Shown: positions 1 through 11,601, counted from the first letter of the stretch. The stretch is DNA of 64,000 nt from Desulfobacterales bacterium (GCA_035467535.1 DATITS010000053.1:395-64394), one strand, 5' to 3'. The notes: a model not told the origin generated them from the letters alone. Translations and numbers: made by a program.

Positions 1-1
1 G

Positions 2-985
2 CAGAGCAACGTCCTGCGGGTCGCGGCGGCGGACGTGACCGGCAGGCTCCCGCTCATGCGGGTGAGCGACTTTCTCTCGGACATCGCCGAGATCGCCGTC
101 AACGCCGTCGTCGACCTCGCCTGGGACCACCTGGTGGAACGGCACGGAACTCCCGTCTGCCGCCTGGATGGTCGGCCCTGCGAACGGGGCTTCGCCGTCA
201 TCGCCTACGGCAAGTTGGGCGGGCTCGAGCTCGGCTACGGCTCGGACCTGGACCTCGTGTTTCTGCACGCGGGTGTCGACGGGCCGACGCGCGGCGGGCC
301 CCGGCCGATCGACACCGCCCAGTTTTTCAACCGCCTGGGCCAGCGCGTGATCCACATCCTGACCTCCCACACCCGCGCCGGCAAGGTCTACGAGATCGAC
401 ACCCGCCTGCGGCCGAGCGGGATCTCCGGCGTCCTGGTCCGGCACGTCGAGGCCTTCGGCGACTACCAGCTGAACGAGGCCTGGACCTGGGAGCACCAGG
501 CCCTCATCAAGGCGCGGGCCGTGAGCGGGGAGGCGCTGATCACCGCCCGTTTCGATGCCATCCGCGGCCAGACCCTCGCCCGGCGCCGGGATACGGGCCG
601 GCTGCGCTCCGACGTCATCGAGATGCGCGAACGCATGCGCCGGGAGCGCAGCCGGCCCGAAGCCGGCGTTTTCGACCTCAAGCAGGACCCGGGCGGGATG
701 GTCGACATCGAGTTCCTGGTCCAGTACCTGGTCCTGCGCCTCGCGCAGCGCCACCCGGAGCTGGTGCAGTGGACCGACAACGTGCGCCTGATCCAGACCC
801 TGATCGGTGCGACGGTGCTGAACGAGGTCACGGCCCACGTCCTCAAGCACGCCTACCTGATCTACCGTGCGGCCGCCCACCAGTTGAGCCTGCAGGAAAA
901 ACCCGCTACCGTCCCCGCGGAAAAGTTCGACCGCCTGCAGCGGCGCATCCGCCAGATCTGGAGGGCCGTCTTCCGGGAACGCTGA
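2..985 (+). CDS. glnE: glutamine synthetase adenylyltransferase/adenylyl-removing enzyme GlnE, C-terminal part (5' end outside window)
   Basis: The frame is open from the window edge (QSNVLRVAAADV precedes the tracked GTG at 35). Nucleotidyltransferase motif GKLGGLELGYGSDLDLVFL and DTRLRPSG are present. Stop at 983-985. Confidence 0.85.
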   Translation, partial: QSNVLRVAAADVTGRLPLMRVSDFLSDIAEIAVNAVVDLAWDHLVERHGTPVCRLDGRPCERGFAVIAYGKLGGLELGYGSDLDLVFLHAGVDGPTRGGPRPIDTAQFFNRLGQRVIHILTSHTRAGKVYEIDTRLRPSGISGVLVRHVEAFGDYQLNEAWTWEHQALIKARAVSGEALITARFDAIRGQTLARRRDTGRLRSDVIEMRERMRRERSRPEAGVFDLKQDPGGMVDIEFLVQYLVLRLAQRHPELVQWTDNVRLIQTLIGATVLNEVTAHVLKHAYLIYRAAAHQLSLQEKPATVPAEKFDRLQRRIRQIWRAVFRER

Positions 986-1006
986 GCCCACCCCCGCCGA
1001 TTTAAA

Positions 1007-1059
1007 TACAAAAATGTAAGCTTAAATTTTTTATTTTTTACAAAAATGTTATTTATAAT
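1007..1059 (+). promoter_or_regulatory. AT-rich island upstream of glnD with direct repeat TACAAAAATGT (1007-1017 and 1039-1049) and a TATAAT hexamer (1054-1059)
   Basis: Read directly from the sequence. The two 11-nt copies are identical and 32 bp apart. This is the only strongly AT-rich stretch between glnE and glnD. No good -35 element was seen. Confidence 0.3.
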
Positions 1060-1191
1060 TGCTCCCCACCGGGCCCCCTGAAGATAGACAACCAACTGAA
1101 AATATATGTCTTATTATATTCCGGCCGCGTGCTGGCACAGGCTTTGCTCAATGTCGGTAGGCATTTTCGGAAAGGGAAAGGAAGAGTCGGC

Positions 1192-3807
1192 ATGCGCGGC
1201 GTCCACGACCAGGCGACCCAGACCTTGCAGGAAAAAGTGGCGGAACTGACCGACCGCTTTCTGCGGGGCAAGCAGCCCGACTTTTTAAAGCAGCACTCCC
1301 GCGCGCTGGACGACTATTTCGAGCAGGCCTTCGCAACGAGTATGATCGGACCCCGGCTGGAAATCAACAAGAACCCCTACGTCATTATCGCCCTGGGGGG
1401 CTATGGCCGAGAGGAGCAATGCCTCTACTCCGACGTCGACTTGCTGTTTCTCTTCGGCAAGCGCGTTCCGCCCGAGGCCGAAAACCTGATCCGGGAGATG
1501 ATCTACCCGCTCTGGGACATCGGGATGGACGTCGGCTACGCCACCCGCTCCCTCAAGGAGTGCCTGTCCCTGGCCGCCAAGGACCTGAACGTTCTGACAC
1601 CCATCCTGGACGCCCGTTTCATCTGCGGCATGTCGATGCTGTTCTCCGAGCTGATGGCGCAGCTCCGCGAAAAAGTCATCCGCAAGCACTCCGGCCGCAT
1701 TCTCGAAGAGCTGATGGCCTACACGCACGGCCGCCATGCCCACTACGGGGACTCCGCGTATCTGCTGGAGCCGAACCTCAAAGAGGGCCAGGGCGGGCTG
1801 CGGGACTACCACACGATGGTCTGGGTCGCACGCCTCGAACACGACCTGCGCCAGAGCCGGGATCTCGAGTACCTGGGGCTGCTCTCCCACGCCGAATACC
1901 AGACCCTCTGGGAGGCCCTGGATTTCGTGTGGACCGTACGCAACCACCTGCATCATCTCTGCGGCCGGAAGACCGACCAGCTGCACTTCGAAAACCAGAT
2001 CAAGCTCGCCGAGCGGTTCCGGTACCGGGAGGAATCCGGCCAGCAGCCGGTCGAGCGCTTCCTGGGCGATTTGCACGCCCGGATGGATTCGATCAAACAC
2101 CAGCACCTCATGATGCTGCATGAGCTCGGCCTGGAAAACAAACGCAAGCGGCGGCGCCCCGCAACACCCAAGAACCCGATGGAGGGGATCGAGATCGTCG
2201 ACGAGGGGCTGTTGAATTTCGCGCGCCCGGAGGCCATTCTGAAGCGCCCCGAACTGCTCATCCGCATCTTCGAAGAAAGCGTGGTACTCAAGGCGCCGCT
2301 GAGCGCCGAGGCGAAGCGCCTGGTGCGGGAGTTCGCCTATTTAGTGGATCCGGCTTTTTGCGCGGCACCGGAGAGCGTGCGCAGCTTCGAGCGCATCCTG
2401 CTCGCGCCGGCCTCGGCCGCGAGCGCCCTGGACGACATGCTGACCACGGGACTGCTGGTGGCGTTCATCCCGGAGTTTCAGTTCGTCACCAACCGGATTC
2501 AGTACGATGAATACCACCTCTACCCCGTGGACAAGCACCTGCTGCGGACCGTCCAGACCATCACGCAGATCGCCGGGGAGGGCGCCGAGGCGGAGCCGCT
2601 CTGCGCCCGGATTTATCGCGAGCTGAAAAACAAAAACCTGCTGTTCTGGGCGGCCCTGCTGCACGACATCGGCAAGGGCGCAACCGAGGACGATCACGCG
2701 GGCCGGGGCGCCGAATTGACCCGGGAGATCCTTGCGGCCAAAGGCTTCACCCCGGCCGAGGTCGACACGGTGGCATTTCTGGTGCGCGAGCACCTCACCC
2801 TGATCAAAACCGCCACCCGCCGGGACATCCACGACGAGGAGACCGCCATCGTCTGCGCCCGCCGGGTCAGGGACGTCGAGCGGCTGAAAATGCTCTACCT
2901 GCTGACGGTGGCCGATTCCATGGCCACGGGGCCGGCGGCCTGGAACAGCTGGACCTCCCACCTGCTGCGGGAGTTTTTTTTCAAGGTGCTCAACACCCTG
3001 GAGAAGGGCGAACTCGCCTCCGCGGAGGCGGTCGAGGCCGTCGAGCGCAAACGCGCGGCGATCTTCGCCTCGGCATACTCCGCCGCTGAACGTGAGGAAC
3101 AGGAGCGGCTGTTCTCGGTGCTCTCCCCGCGCTATCTCCTGTCGGTCCCGGCCGAGAGCATCGTGGAGCAGTTGCGGCTGTTCGGGCGGCTGGGCGAGCG
3201 CGATTTCATCTGGACCGTTGCGCCCTCGGTCGACGGCAAGACCCGCACCGTGACCATCTGCGCCAAGGACCGCCCGGGGCTCGTGGCGAGCATGGCCGGC
3301 GTCTTCACCCTGAACCGCATCAACATCCTGGACGTGCAGGTGTTCACCTGGAGCAACCGCACGGCCCTGGACGTCTTCGAGGTGACCCCGCCGCCGGACT
3401 TGATTTTCGAGGACGACAAGTGGCGCCGGGCCGAGGAACACCTCAGGGCGGTCCTCGCCGGTGAGCTGGATCTTGCCGCCGCGCTGAAGCCGCACCTTGA
3501 ACTGCCCCGTTTCAGCAAACCGCGCACGGCCAGACGCGCCGATCGCGTACGGATCGACAATACCAGCTCCAGTTTCTTCACCATCGTCGAGGTGTTCGCC
3601 TACGACTTCCCGGGTCTGCTCTTCAGCATCGCGGATGCGCTCTTCCGCTGCGAGCTGGACATATGGGTGGCGAAGATCGCCACCAAGGTCGACCAGGTGG
3701 TGGACGTCTTTTACGTGCGGGACATCACCGGCCAGAAAGTGGATGGCGCCGACCGCGTCGCAGCCGTCAAGGAAGCCGTCATGGCGCGTCTGCCGGACAT
3801 TGCGTAA
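1192..3807 (+). CDS. glnD: [protein-PII] uridylyltransferase/uridylyl-removing enzyme GlnD
   Basis: 892-aa ORF with an N-terminal nucleotidyltransferase (GGYGREEQCLYSDVDLLFLF), an HD domain (LLHDIGKG...HAGRGA) and two C-terminal ACT-like repeats. The ATG at 1192 follows AAGGAAGAG. An alternative upstream start lies at 1129. Confidence 0.9.
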   Translation: MRGVHDQATQTLQEKVAELTDRFLRGKQPDFLKQHSRALDDYFEQAFATSMIGPRLEINKNPYVIIALGGYGREEQCLYSDVDLLFLFGKRVPPEAENLIREMIYPLWDIGMDVGYATRSLKECLSLAAKDLNVLTPILDARFICGMSMLFSELMAQLREKVIRKHSGRILEELMAYTHGRHAHYGDSAYLLEPNLKEGQGGLRDYHTMVWVARLEHDLRQSRDLEYLGLLSHAEYQTLWEALDFVWTVRNHLHHLCGRKTDQLHFENQIKLAERFRYREESGQQPVERFLGDLHARMDSIKHQHLMMLHELGLENKRKRRRPATPKNPMEGIEIVDEGLLNFARPEAILKRPELLIRIFEESVVLKAPLSAEAKRLVREFAYLVDPAFCAAPESVRSFERILLAPASAASALDDMLTTGLLVAFIPEFQFVTNRIQYDEYHLYPVDKHLLRTVQTITQIAGEGAEAEPLCARIYRELKNKNLLFWAALLHDIGKGATEDDHAGRGAELTREILAAKGFTPAEVDTVAFLVREHLTLIKTATRRDIHDEETAIVCARRVRDVERLKMLYLLTVADSMATGPAAWNSWTSHLLREFFFKVLNTLEKGELASAEAVEAVERKRAAIFASAYSAAEREEQERLFSVLSPRYLLSVPAESIVEQLRLFGRLGERDFIWTVAPSVDGKTRTVTICAKDRPGLVASMAGVFTLNRINILDVQVFTWSNRTALDVFEVTPPPDLIFEDDKWRRAEEHLRAVLAGELDLAAALKPHLELPRFSKPRTARRADRVRIDNTSSSFFTIVEVFAYDFPGLLFSIADALFRCELDIWVAKIATKVDQVVDVFYVRDITGQKVDGADRVAAVKEAVMARLPDIA

Positions 3808-3823
3808 AAAAATACTTTAACGA

Positions 3824-3968
3824 CTCAAGCAGTTAGGCTGAAGGCGGAAGGGTAAAAATGATCATCCATGACCCAATCACCTGTCAACGGTTCAAACGAT
3901 TTTGGCCTTGTGTGATCACGCATGGTTTGGCCCTAAAAGCCTTCAGCCTTCAGTCTATCTACCTGAGT
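3824..3968. repeat. palindromic intergenic element, family C copy 1 (arms ...caagcagttaggctgaaggcggaagggtaa... / ...gccttcagccttcagtctatctacctgag)
   Basis: The two ends are mutually complementary (GGCTGAAGGCGGAAG versus CTTCAGCCTTCAG). Both ends recur in inverted orientation at 5704-5904. Confidence 0.7.
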
Positions 3969-3995
3969 ATCAACCAGAGGAGGAATAGACTCACA

Positions 3996-5661
<1,666 letters not shown>

Positions 5662-5703
5662 GACCGTGCCCCCGTTGATTGGCCTTTATCATACGACGAC
5701 ACT

Positions 5704-5904
5704 ACTAAGGTAGATAGACCGAAGGCTGAAGACGGAAGACTCTTTGGTAATGAGGGCCCTCTGTGGGAGTGGCTTCCAGCCACGATACCATCGCGGCAAG
5801 ATGCCGCTCTCATAGAAAAAACTCAACTTCATTGGAAGGTAACGACATGCGCGATCATTATTACCCTTTCGTCTTCAGTCTTCAGCCTAAACACTTGAGC
5901 AGTT
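5704..5904. repeat. palindromic intergenic element, family C copy 2 (inverted relative to copy 1)
   Basis: ctaaggtagatagaccgaaggctgaagacggaag ... ccctttcgtcttcagtcttcagcctaaacacttgagcagtt. Both termini are reverse complements of the termini of the 3824-3968 copy. The internal region is longer and divergent. Confidence 0.7.
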
Positions 5905-6007
5905 ATGCACTTTAGCGTATTTCGCGCATTTCGTAGTTAAAAGCGATTTCAAATAGCGGAGTAGTAACAAACCCCATAACTAAAATTATGAAGAGGAGGA
6001 TTCAAAC

Positions 6008-7420
6008 ATGAAACCCAAAGAGGTATTGGCTTTTGCGAAAGAAAACGGCGCCAAGATGCTTGACATGCGATTCATTGACCTGCCGGGGGTCTGGCAGCAC
6101 TTCTCGGTCCCCATCAACCAGTTGGATGAGGGCAATTTCGAGGACGGGTACGGCTTCGACGGCTCCAGCATCCGCGGCTGGCAGCCGATCAACGCCAGCG
6201 ACATGCTGATCATCCCCGACCCGACGACGGCGAAGATGGACCCCTTCTGCGCCGAGCCGACCTTGAGCATGATCTGCGACATTGCCGACCCCCTTACCCG
6301 CGAGCCCTACTCCCGCGATCCGCGCAACATCGCCAAGAAGGCCGAGGCCTACCTGAAGAGCACCGGGATCGGCGACACGGTGTTCATGGGTCCGGAGGCG
6401 GAGTTCTTCATCTTCGACGACATCCGCTATGCGTCCAATAGCAACGGGGCTTTCTACGAGATCGACTCGGTCGAGGGCTCGTGGAACACGGGCCGGGACG
6501 AAGGGCCTAACCTGGGCTACAAGCCGCGGCCCAAGGAAGGCTATTTCCCGGTGCCCCCCATGGACAAGTTCCAGGACCTGCGCACCGAGATGGTGCTCGT
6601 TCTGGAGAAGCTCGGCATCGAGATCGAGGCCCAGCACCACGAGGTGGCGACCGCCGGGCAGGCCGAGATCGACATGAAATTCCGTCCGCTCGTGCAAATG
6701 GCGGACCAGTTGATGTGGTTCAAATACGTTCTGAAAAACGTCGCCTACCGCAAAAACCACACGGTGACCTTCATGCCCAAGCCCCTGTATGGCGACAACG
6801 GCTCGGGCATGCACATCCACTGCAGCATCTGGAAGGGCGGCAAGCCCCTTTTTGCAGGCGACAAGTACGCCGGGCTCTCCCAGATGGGGCTGCACGCCAT
6901 CGGCGGCATCCTCAAGCACTGCAAGGCGATCTGCGCTATCACCAACCCGACCACCAACTCTTACAAACGGCTGGTGCCCGGCTACGAGGCCCCGGTGAAC
7001 CTGGCCTACTCGAGCCGCAACCGCAGCGCGGCCATCCGTATCCCGATGTACTCCACGTCACCCAAGGCCAAGCGCATCGAGTTCCGGACCCCGGATCCGT
7101 CCTGCAACGGCTACCTCGCGTTCTCCGCCATCCTGATGGCGGTTATAGACGGCATCCAGAACAAGATCGACCCGGGAGACCCGCTGGACAAGAACATCTA
7201 CGACCTGCCGCCCGAGGAACTGGCCAAGGTGCCCTCGGCGCCGGGCTCGCTGGATGAGGCCCTGAACTGCCTGAAGGCCGACCACGAGTTCCTGATGAAA
7301 GGGGGCGTTTTCACCCAGGACGTGCTGGACATGTGGGCCGAGTACAAGACCGCCAACGAGATCGACCCCGTCCGGCTGCGCCCGCACCCGCACGAGTTTT
7401 TCCTGTACTTCGACATTTGA
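6008..7420 (+). CDS. glnA: glutamine synthetase type I
   Basis: 470-aa ORF with RBS GAGGAGGA at 5992-5999. GSI beta-grasp and catalytic-domain motifs ([31 protein letters not shown]). Also contains a region resembling the adenylylation loop (NIYDLPPEE). Confidence 0.95.
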   Translation: MKPKEVLAFAKENGAKMLDMRFIDLPGVWQHFSVPINQLDEGNFEDGYGFDGSSIRGWQPINASDMLIIPDPTTAKMDPFCAEPTLSMICDIADPLTREPYSRDPRNIAKKAEAYLKSTGIGDTVFMGPEAEFFIFDDIRYASNSNGAFYEIDSVEGSWNTGRDEGPNLGYKPRPKEGYFPVPPMDKFQDLRTEMVLVLEKLGIEIEAQHHEVATAGQAEIDMKFRPLVQMADQLMWFKYVLKNVAYRKNHTVTFMPKPLYGDNGSGMHIHCSIWKGGKPLFAGDKYAGLSQMGLHAIGGILKHCKAICAITNPTTNSYKRLVPGYEAPVNLAYSSRNRSAAIRIPMYSTSPKAKRIEFRTPDPSCNGYLAFSAILMAVIDGIQNKIDPGDPLDKNIYDLPPEELAKVPSAPGSLDEALNCLKADHEFLMKGGVFTQDVLDMWAEYKTANEIDPVRLRPHPHEFFLYFDI

Positions 7421-7466
7421 TCTGCGTTTTCCGCCCGGGGGAGCCTGCGGGTTCCCCCGCACCGAC

Positions 7467-7514
7467 GGGCATGCGCCTCCCACCCTCCCTCCGGGGGGCG
7501 CATGCCCGTTTTTC
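7467..7514 (+). terminator. rho-independent terminator of glnA
   Basis: An 11-bp perfect stem gggcatgcgcc / ggcgcatgccc (7467-7477 / 7497-7507) followed by GTTTTTCC. Confidence 0.75.
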
Positions 7515-7551
7515 CTGCTTCTCATCTCAATCCCATCACGCCCAATAATAG

Positions 7552-7692
7552 ATTCGACTGAGGGCACCTATCGGTAACAACGATTTATGGATCGCCGCGC
7601 ACGCTAAAGCGGCAGACCTTACGATCGTCACCAACAACGAACGAGAATTTCGACGCATATCGGGTTTGAAGGTGCAGAACTGGGTTGCTTGA
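7552..7692 (+). pseudogene. C-terminal remnant of a PIN-domain (VapC-like) toxin gene
   Basis: The frame from the TAG at 7549 to the TGA at 7690 reads IRLRAPIGNNDLWIAAHAKAADLTIVTNNEREFRRISGLKVQNWVA. This is the typical last ~45 aa of a VapC (NDLWIAA...TNN.REF....GL...NW). There is no start codon, no N-terminal PIN acidic residues and no antitoxin gene. Confidence 0.6.
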
Positions 7693-8040
7693 CGAGTATC
7701 GGCGATTGAGGTCGCCCTTCCAACCAAAAAGAGCGGCTGATTCTAACGAAACTGGCAATTCCCATCGATGACCGAATCGAGCCGAAGCCGGCCAATAAAG
7801 AATCCTTCAATCCCAACGACCCTCTGGTCTACGAGATAACCAAGAACGGCCTCCCATTGATTTAGCGCCCCCATCAGTGGTGCACTTGCGACTTGAATTC
7901 GCCACGGCTTGCTCCTGGCTGCGAATCCCGACGACGAGCTGGCGCGAATGATTGCGCCACGTGCCCGCTTATTTCCCAGGCTGATGATCAATGCCCATCG
8001 GCGGCGTTACGGGATCTTTCGCGTTCTTCGACCGAGAAGC

Positions 8041-8166
8041 GACGGCTGCGCCCGAAGCCCAAGATCAAGGCGCACGACTCCCGCGGCGCGAGGCGTACAC
8101 TGTGTACGCCGCAAGCGCCGGCGGGACGAAGTGCAACGCTGAGATTGGGCTTCCGGCGCAGCCGTC
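8041..8166. repeat. long palindromic intergenic element, family B copy 1
   Basis: gacggctgcgcccgaagccc...ggcgtacactgtgtacgcc...gggcttccggcgcagccgtc. It is self-complementary end to end. Its reverse complement matches the copies at 14351-14473 and 14522-14652. It abuts the stop codon of the NifA-like gene. Confidence 0.75.
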
Positions 8167-9697
8167 AGCGGAAGGTGCGGTAGTCGATGCCGTGCAGCTG
8201 GGCCTTGTAGGCGAACTTGCGCACGGTGGTTTGCAGGATCTTGGCGGCACCGGTGATGTTGCCCCGGGTGTTCTTGAGGGAGTCGATGATCATTTCGCGC
8301 TCGAGGTTGGCGACGGCCTCCTCCAGCGACAGCGCCGGCAGGGTGCCGGACTCCTTGCCGGTCTGCAGCGTCGGCGGCAGGTGGTAGCTGTGGATGACCC
8401 CCTCCTCGCAGACCAGCACGGCCCGCTCGAGGCAGTTCTCGAGCTCCCGCACGTTGCCCGGCCAGTGGTACTGCATCAGCATGTCGATCGCCGGCGTTGA
8501 AAACCGCCTAATGTCCTTGTGGTTTTCCTTGGCGTATTTCTCCAGGAAATAATCGGCCAGCAGCAGGATGTCGGTCTTGCGTTCCCGCAAGGGCGGCATG
8601 TAGATGGGGAACACGTTCAGACGGTAGTAAAGGTCGCCCCGGAAGGTCCCATCCTCCACGGCCTGCTCCAGGTTCTTGTTGGTCGCGATGATGACGCGCA
8701 CGTCGACCTTGATGGTGCGCTGGCCCCCCACGCGGTCGAACTCCTTCTCCTGCAGGATGCGCAGGAGGTTGGCCTGGACGTCCAGGTTGATCGAGCCGAT
8801 CTCGTCGAGGAAGATGGTGCCGCGGTGGGCCAGCTCGAATTTGCCCATCTTCTGCTTGATCGCGCCGGTGAAGGCCCCCTTTTCGTGACCGAACAGCTCG
8901 CTTTCGATGAGGTTGGAGGGCAGCGCGGCGCAGTTGACCTTGATGAACGGGTTGGCCGCCCGCTGGCTGTTGTAGTGGATCGAGTTCGCCACCAGCTCTT
9001 TGCCGGTGCCGCTTTCTCCGCGAATGAGGACGGTGGCGTTGCTGCGGCTCACCTGGGAGACCATCTGGTAGACTTCCCGCATGCGGTTGCTGCTGCCGAT
9101 GATGTTGTTGATGGTGTACTTGCTCTTGAGCTCGGTCTGCAGGCGCCGGTTTTCATCCCGCAGCCGCTCGTGCTCGACCCGGATCGTCTCCAGCTTGATC
9201 ACGTGGCTGGCGACCATGGTGGCGATGACCGAAAGCAGGCGCCGCCCGTTGTCCAGGGAGTAGGACGCCTCGTAGGGCCGGTCCACGCTGAGGGCTCCGA
9301 TCACCTGCGCGCCCTTCTTGATGGGAACGCAGAAGAAGGAGAGGTCCCGGTCCTCCTTTTTCTTGCGGCTGGCGGTGCGGTCCAGGAAGCGCGGCTCATC
9401 GCTGATGTGGGGGATCGCGACCGCCTTGCCGGTTTCGATGACCCGGCCGGTGATGCCTTCGCCGAGCTTGTACCTCACCCGTTCGATCGCGGACCGGGAA
9501 ATTCCGTGGGCGACCTCGATGTTGATCTCGTTGCGCAACGGGTCCAGAAGGGTGATGGTACCCCGCACCATGTTCATGGCGCTGGAAAGAATGTCGAGGA
9601 CCTTGTATAAGGACCGCTTGAGGTCCAGGTGCTCATTGAGCGCTTGGCTGATCTCGTAGAGCAGGCTGGTCTCCTCGATGCGTTCAATCGGTTTCAT
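8165..9697 (-). CDS. sigma-54-dependent transcriptional activator with N-terminal GAF domain (NifA-like, Fis-type HTH)
   Basis: GAF region ([41 protein letters not shown]). AAA+ sigma-54 interaction module ([29 protein letters not shown] loop). C-terminal HTH ([20 protein letters not shown]). Start placed at MKPIERIEE (ATG at 9697); the tracked ORF start at 9805 is less likely. Confidence 0.85.
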   Translation of the reverse strand: MKPIERIEETSLLYEISQALNEHLDLKRSLYKVLDILSSAMNMVRGTITLLDPLRNEINIEVAHGISRSAIERVRYKLGEGITGRVIETGKAVAIPHISDEPRFLDRTASRKKKEDRDLSFFCVPIKKGAQVIGALSVDRPYEASYSLDNGRRLLSVIATMVASHVIKLETIRVEHERLRDENRRLQTELKSKYTINNIIGSSNRMREVYQMVSQVSRSNATVLIRGESGTGKELVANSIHYNSQRAANPFIKVNCAALPSNLIESELFGHEKGAFTGAIKQKMGKFELAHRGTIFLDEIGSINLDVQANLLRILQEKEFDRVGGQRTIKVDVRVIIATNKNLEQAVEDGTFRGDLYYRLNVFPIYMPPLRERKTDILLLADYFLEKYAKENHKDIRRFSTPAIDMLMQYHWPGNVRELENCLERAVLVCEEGVIHSYHLPPTLQTGKESGTLPALSLEEAVANLEREMIIDSLKNTRGNITGAAKILQTTVRKFAYKAQLHGIDYRTFR

Positions 9698-9834
9698 GTC
9701 GACCCGGATACAATTTTGATATGGTTCATTTCGATTCTTACATTTTTGTGGAACATAGCATTTCCGACCCGGAATGCAACTGAAAACGTGAAACGTTTCC
9801 ACCACCGGCCGGCCTTGCGCCTTGAGCTTCCGTC

Positions 9835-10992
9835 ATGATTCTGCACATCGACATGGATGCCTTCTACGCCGCGGTGGAGCAGTTGGACCAGCCGCAGCTG
9901 CGGGGCAGGTGCGTCATCGTCGGCGGGACGTCCCGGCGAGGGGTCGTCGCGACCGCCAGCTACGAGGCCCGCCGCTTCGGCGTGCACTCCGCCATGCCGA
10001 TCTTCCAGGCCCGGGCGCTTTGCCCGCAGGCGGTCTTCGTGCCCCCGCGCATGGACCGTTACCGGGAGGTGTCACGGCAGATCATGGCGATCCTGCGGGA
10101 GTTCTCCCCCTTGGTCGAGCCGGTATCGATCGATGAGGCCTTCCTGGACGTGACCGGCACCGAACGCCTCCATGGAGCGCCGGTCGAGATGGCGCGAGGG
10201 ATCAAGCGGGAGATCCTCGCGGCGGTGCATCTCACCAGTACGGTCGGGGTGGCGCCGAACCGGTTCCTCGCCAAAATCGCCTCCGATCTGAACAAGCCGA
10301 ACGGTCTGACCGTAATTGCCCCAGACCAGGTGGCGGCGTTCATCGACCGGTTGCCCATCGGCAAGGTCCCGGGCGTGGGGCCCAAAACCCTGGCCAAACT
10401 CGAAGCCATGGGGGTGCGCTATCTGGGTGCGATCCGCAAATTCGAGGAACCGGCGCTTCTGGCGGCGTTCGGCGCCTACGGCAAGCGTCTTCGGGAATTG
10501 GCCCACGGCATCGACCCCACGCCCGTGACACCGTTTGCACCCGGCAAATCGGTCAGCAGCGAGTGCACTCTGGCTGAGGATACCCGCGAGATGGCCGCCC
10601 TCACCCGCTGCCTGCTCGCCCAGGCCGAGGAAGTGGCCGCGGGGCTGCGCAAAGAGGGGGTGAAGGCCCGCACGGTCGTTCTCAAGCTCAAACTCGCCGA
10701 CTTCAAGCTGCTCACGCGCCGAACCACCTTTGCGCCCGCAACCCAATCCTCCCAGGCGATCTTTCAGCATGCCGTTAAGCTTCTTGAAGACCACCGCATC
10801 GTTCAGAAGATACGCCTGATCGGACTCGGCGCCACCGGCTTTGTCAGGGCGGAGGCCCCCACTCAGGAGGAGCTGTTCGGCCGTGAAAAAAAACCCCGGG
10901 AAGGCTGGGAAAAAGTGGTTCGCACGCTGGAAACCATCAAAAGCAGATTCGGGGAGGAGGTGATCAAGCGGGGCACGTTGTCGGAGGAATAA
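9835..10992 (+). CDS. dinB: DNA polymerase IV (Y-family)
   Basis: MILHIDMDAFYAAVEQ...CVIVGG...ASYEARRFGVHSAM, with the little-finger domain following. Confidence 0.93.
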   Translation: MILHIDMDAFYAAVEQLDQPQLRGRCVIVGGTSRRGVVATASYEARRFGVHSAMPIFQARALCPQAVFVPPRMDRYREVSRQIMAILREFSPLVEPVSIDEAFLDVTGTERLHGAPVEMARGIKREILAAVHLTSTVGVAPNRFLAKIASDLNKPNGLTVIAPDQVAAFIDRLPIGKVPGVGPKTLAKLEAMGVRYLGAIRKFEEPALLAAFGAYGKRLRELAHGIDPTPVTPFAPGKSVSSECTLAEDTREMAALTRCLLAQAEEVAAGLRKEGVKARTVVLKLKLADFKLLTRRTTFAPATQSSQAIFQHAVKLLEDHRIVQKIRLIGLGATGFVRAEAPTQEELFGREKKPREGWEKVVRTLETIKSRFGEEVIKRGTLSEE

Positions 10993-11030
10993 ACCATGCC
11001 CGCCGATAGCGGCGGGCATGGTTTATTTCA
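10991..11030. terminator. bidirectional hairpin terminator between convergent dinB and aroK
   Basis: A 14-bp perfect stem aaaccatgcccgcc / ggcgggcatggttt with the 6-nt loop gatagc. A/T runs occur on both sides. Confidence 0.75.
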
Positions 11031-11088
11031 GGTGATATTTTCTTCAGATTTTACCGCAACAAACTACTGGGAATTCGACCTGAGTTAA

Positions 11089-11601
11089 TTACGAAATCGT
11101 CAACGATTGCAGCACGCGGCCGACCACCTGATCCGGTGTCAGCCCGTCGGTCTCGATCGTGGCATCGGCATAGCGGAGGTACAGGGGGCGGCGCTCGGCA
11201 AAAAGGCCTTCGATGGTCTGGCCCGGGGCGATGACGACCCCGCGGGCGTCCACGTCGTCGAGCCGGCGTTTCAACCGTTCGACCGCGATGTCGAGGTGGA
11301 CGGCGATTCCGTTCGCCTTGAGGTGCGTCATGGCCCGGGGGCTGTAGACGGCGCTGCCGCCGGGGGCGATGACATGGCTGGTGAGCGATAAGGAAAGCAG
11401 GTGGTTCTCCTCGATGCGGCAGAACTCCTCGGCCCCGTGCGCCTGGATGAGAGCCTGCAGGCTGCGCCCCTCGCGGACCTGAATCAAGATGTCCGTGTCG
11501 ACGAAGGCCAGCCCCAGGCGCTTGGCCAGGAGCACGCCCACCGTGCTCTTGCCCGCCCCGGGCATGCCGATGAGGATGATGTTCTTCGGAAAGGTCGTCA
11601 T
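11089..11601 (-). CDS. aroK: shikimate kinase
   Basis: 170 aa with NIILIGMPGAGKSTVGVLLAKRLGLAFVDTD (Walker A plus the shikimate-binding D). Confidence 0.9.
   Translation of the reverse strand: MTTFPKNIILIGMPGAGKSTVGVLLAKRLGLAFVDTDILIQVREGRSLQALIQAHGAEEFCRIEENHLLSLSLTSHVIAPGGSAVYSPRAMTHLKANGIAVHLDIAVERLKRRLDDVDARGVVIAPGQTIEGLFAERRPLYLRYADATIETDGLTPDQVVGRVLQSLTIS

Noticed and set aside
3808-3995. Sigma-54 (-24 GG / -12 GC) promoters upstream of amtB and glnA, expected for nitrogen-regulated genes.
   Set aside because: There is no TGGCAC-N5-TTGCW-like match. The nearest look-alike in the window (TGGCTTGTCTTTTAGC at 28887-28902, upstream of degP) has GG-N11-GC spacing rather than N10.
7743-7991. 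82-aa minus-strand ORF, and a 45-codon plus-strand frame (AIPIDDRIEPKPANKESFNPNDPLVYEITKNGLPLI), between the vapC remnant and the family-B repeat.
   Set aside because: Neither has a convincing start or RBS, or a recognisable family. They are probably further debris of the same degraded insertion.
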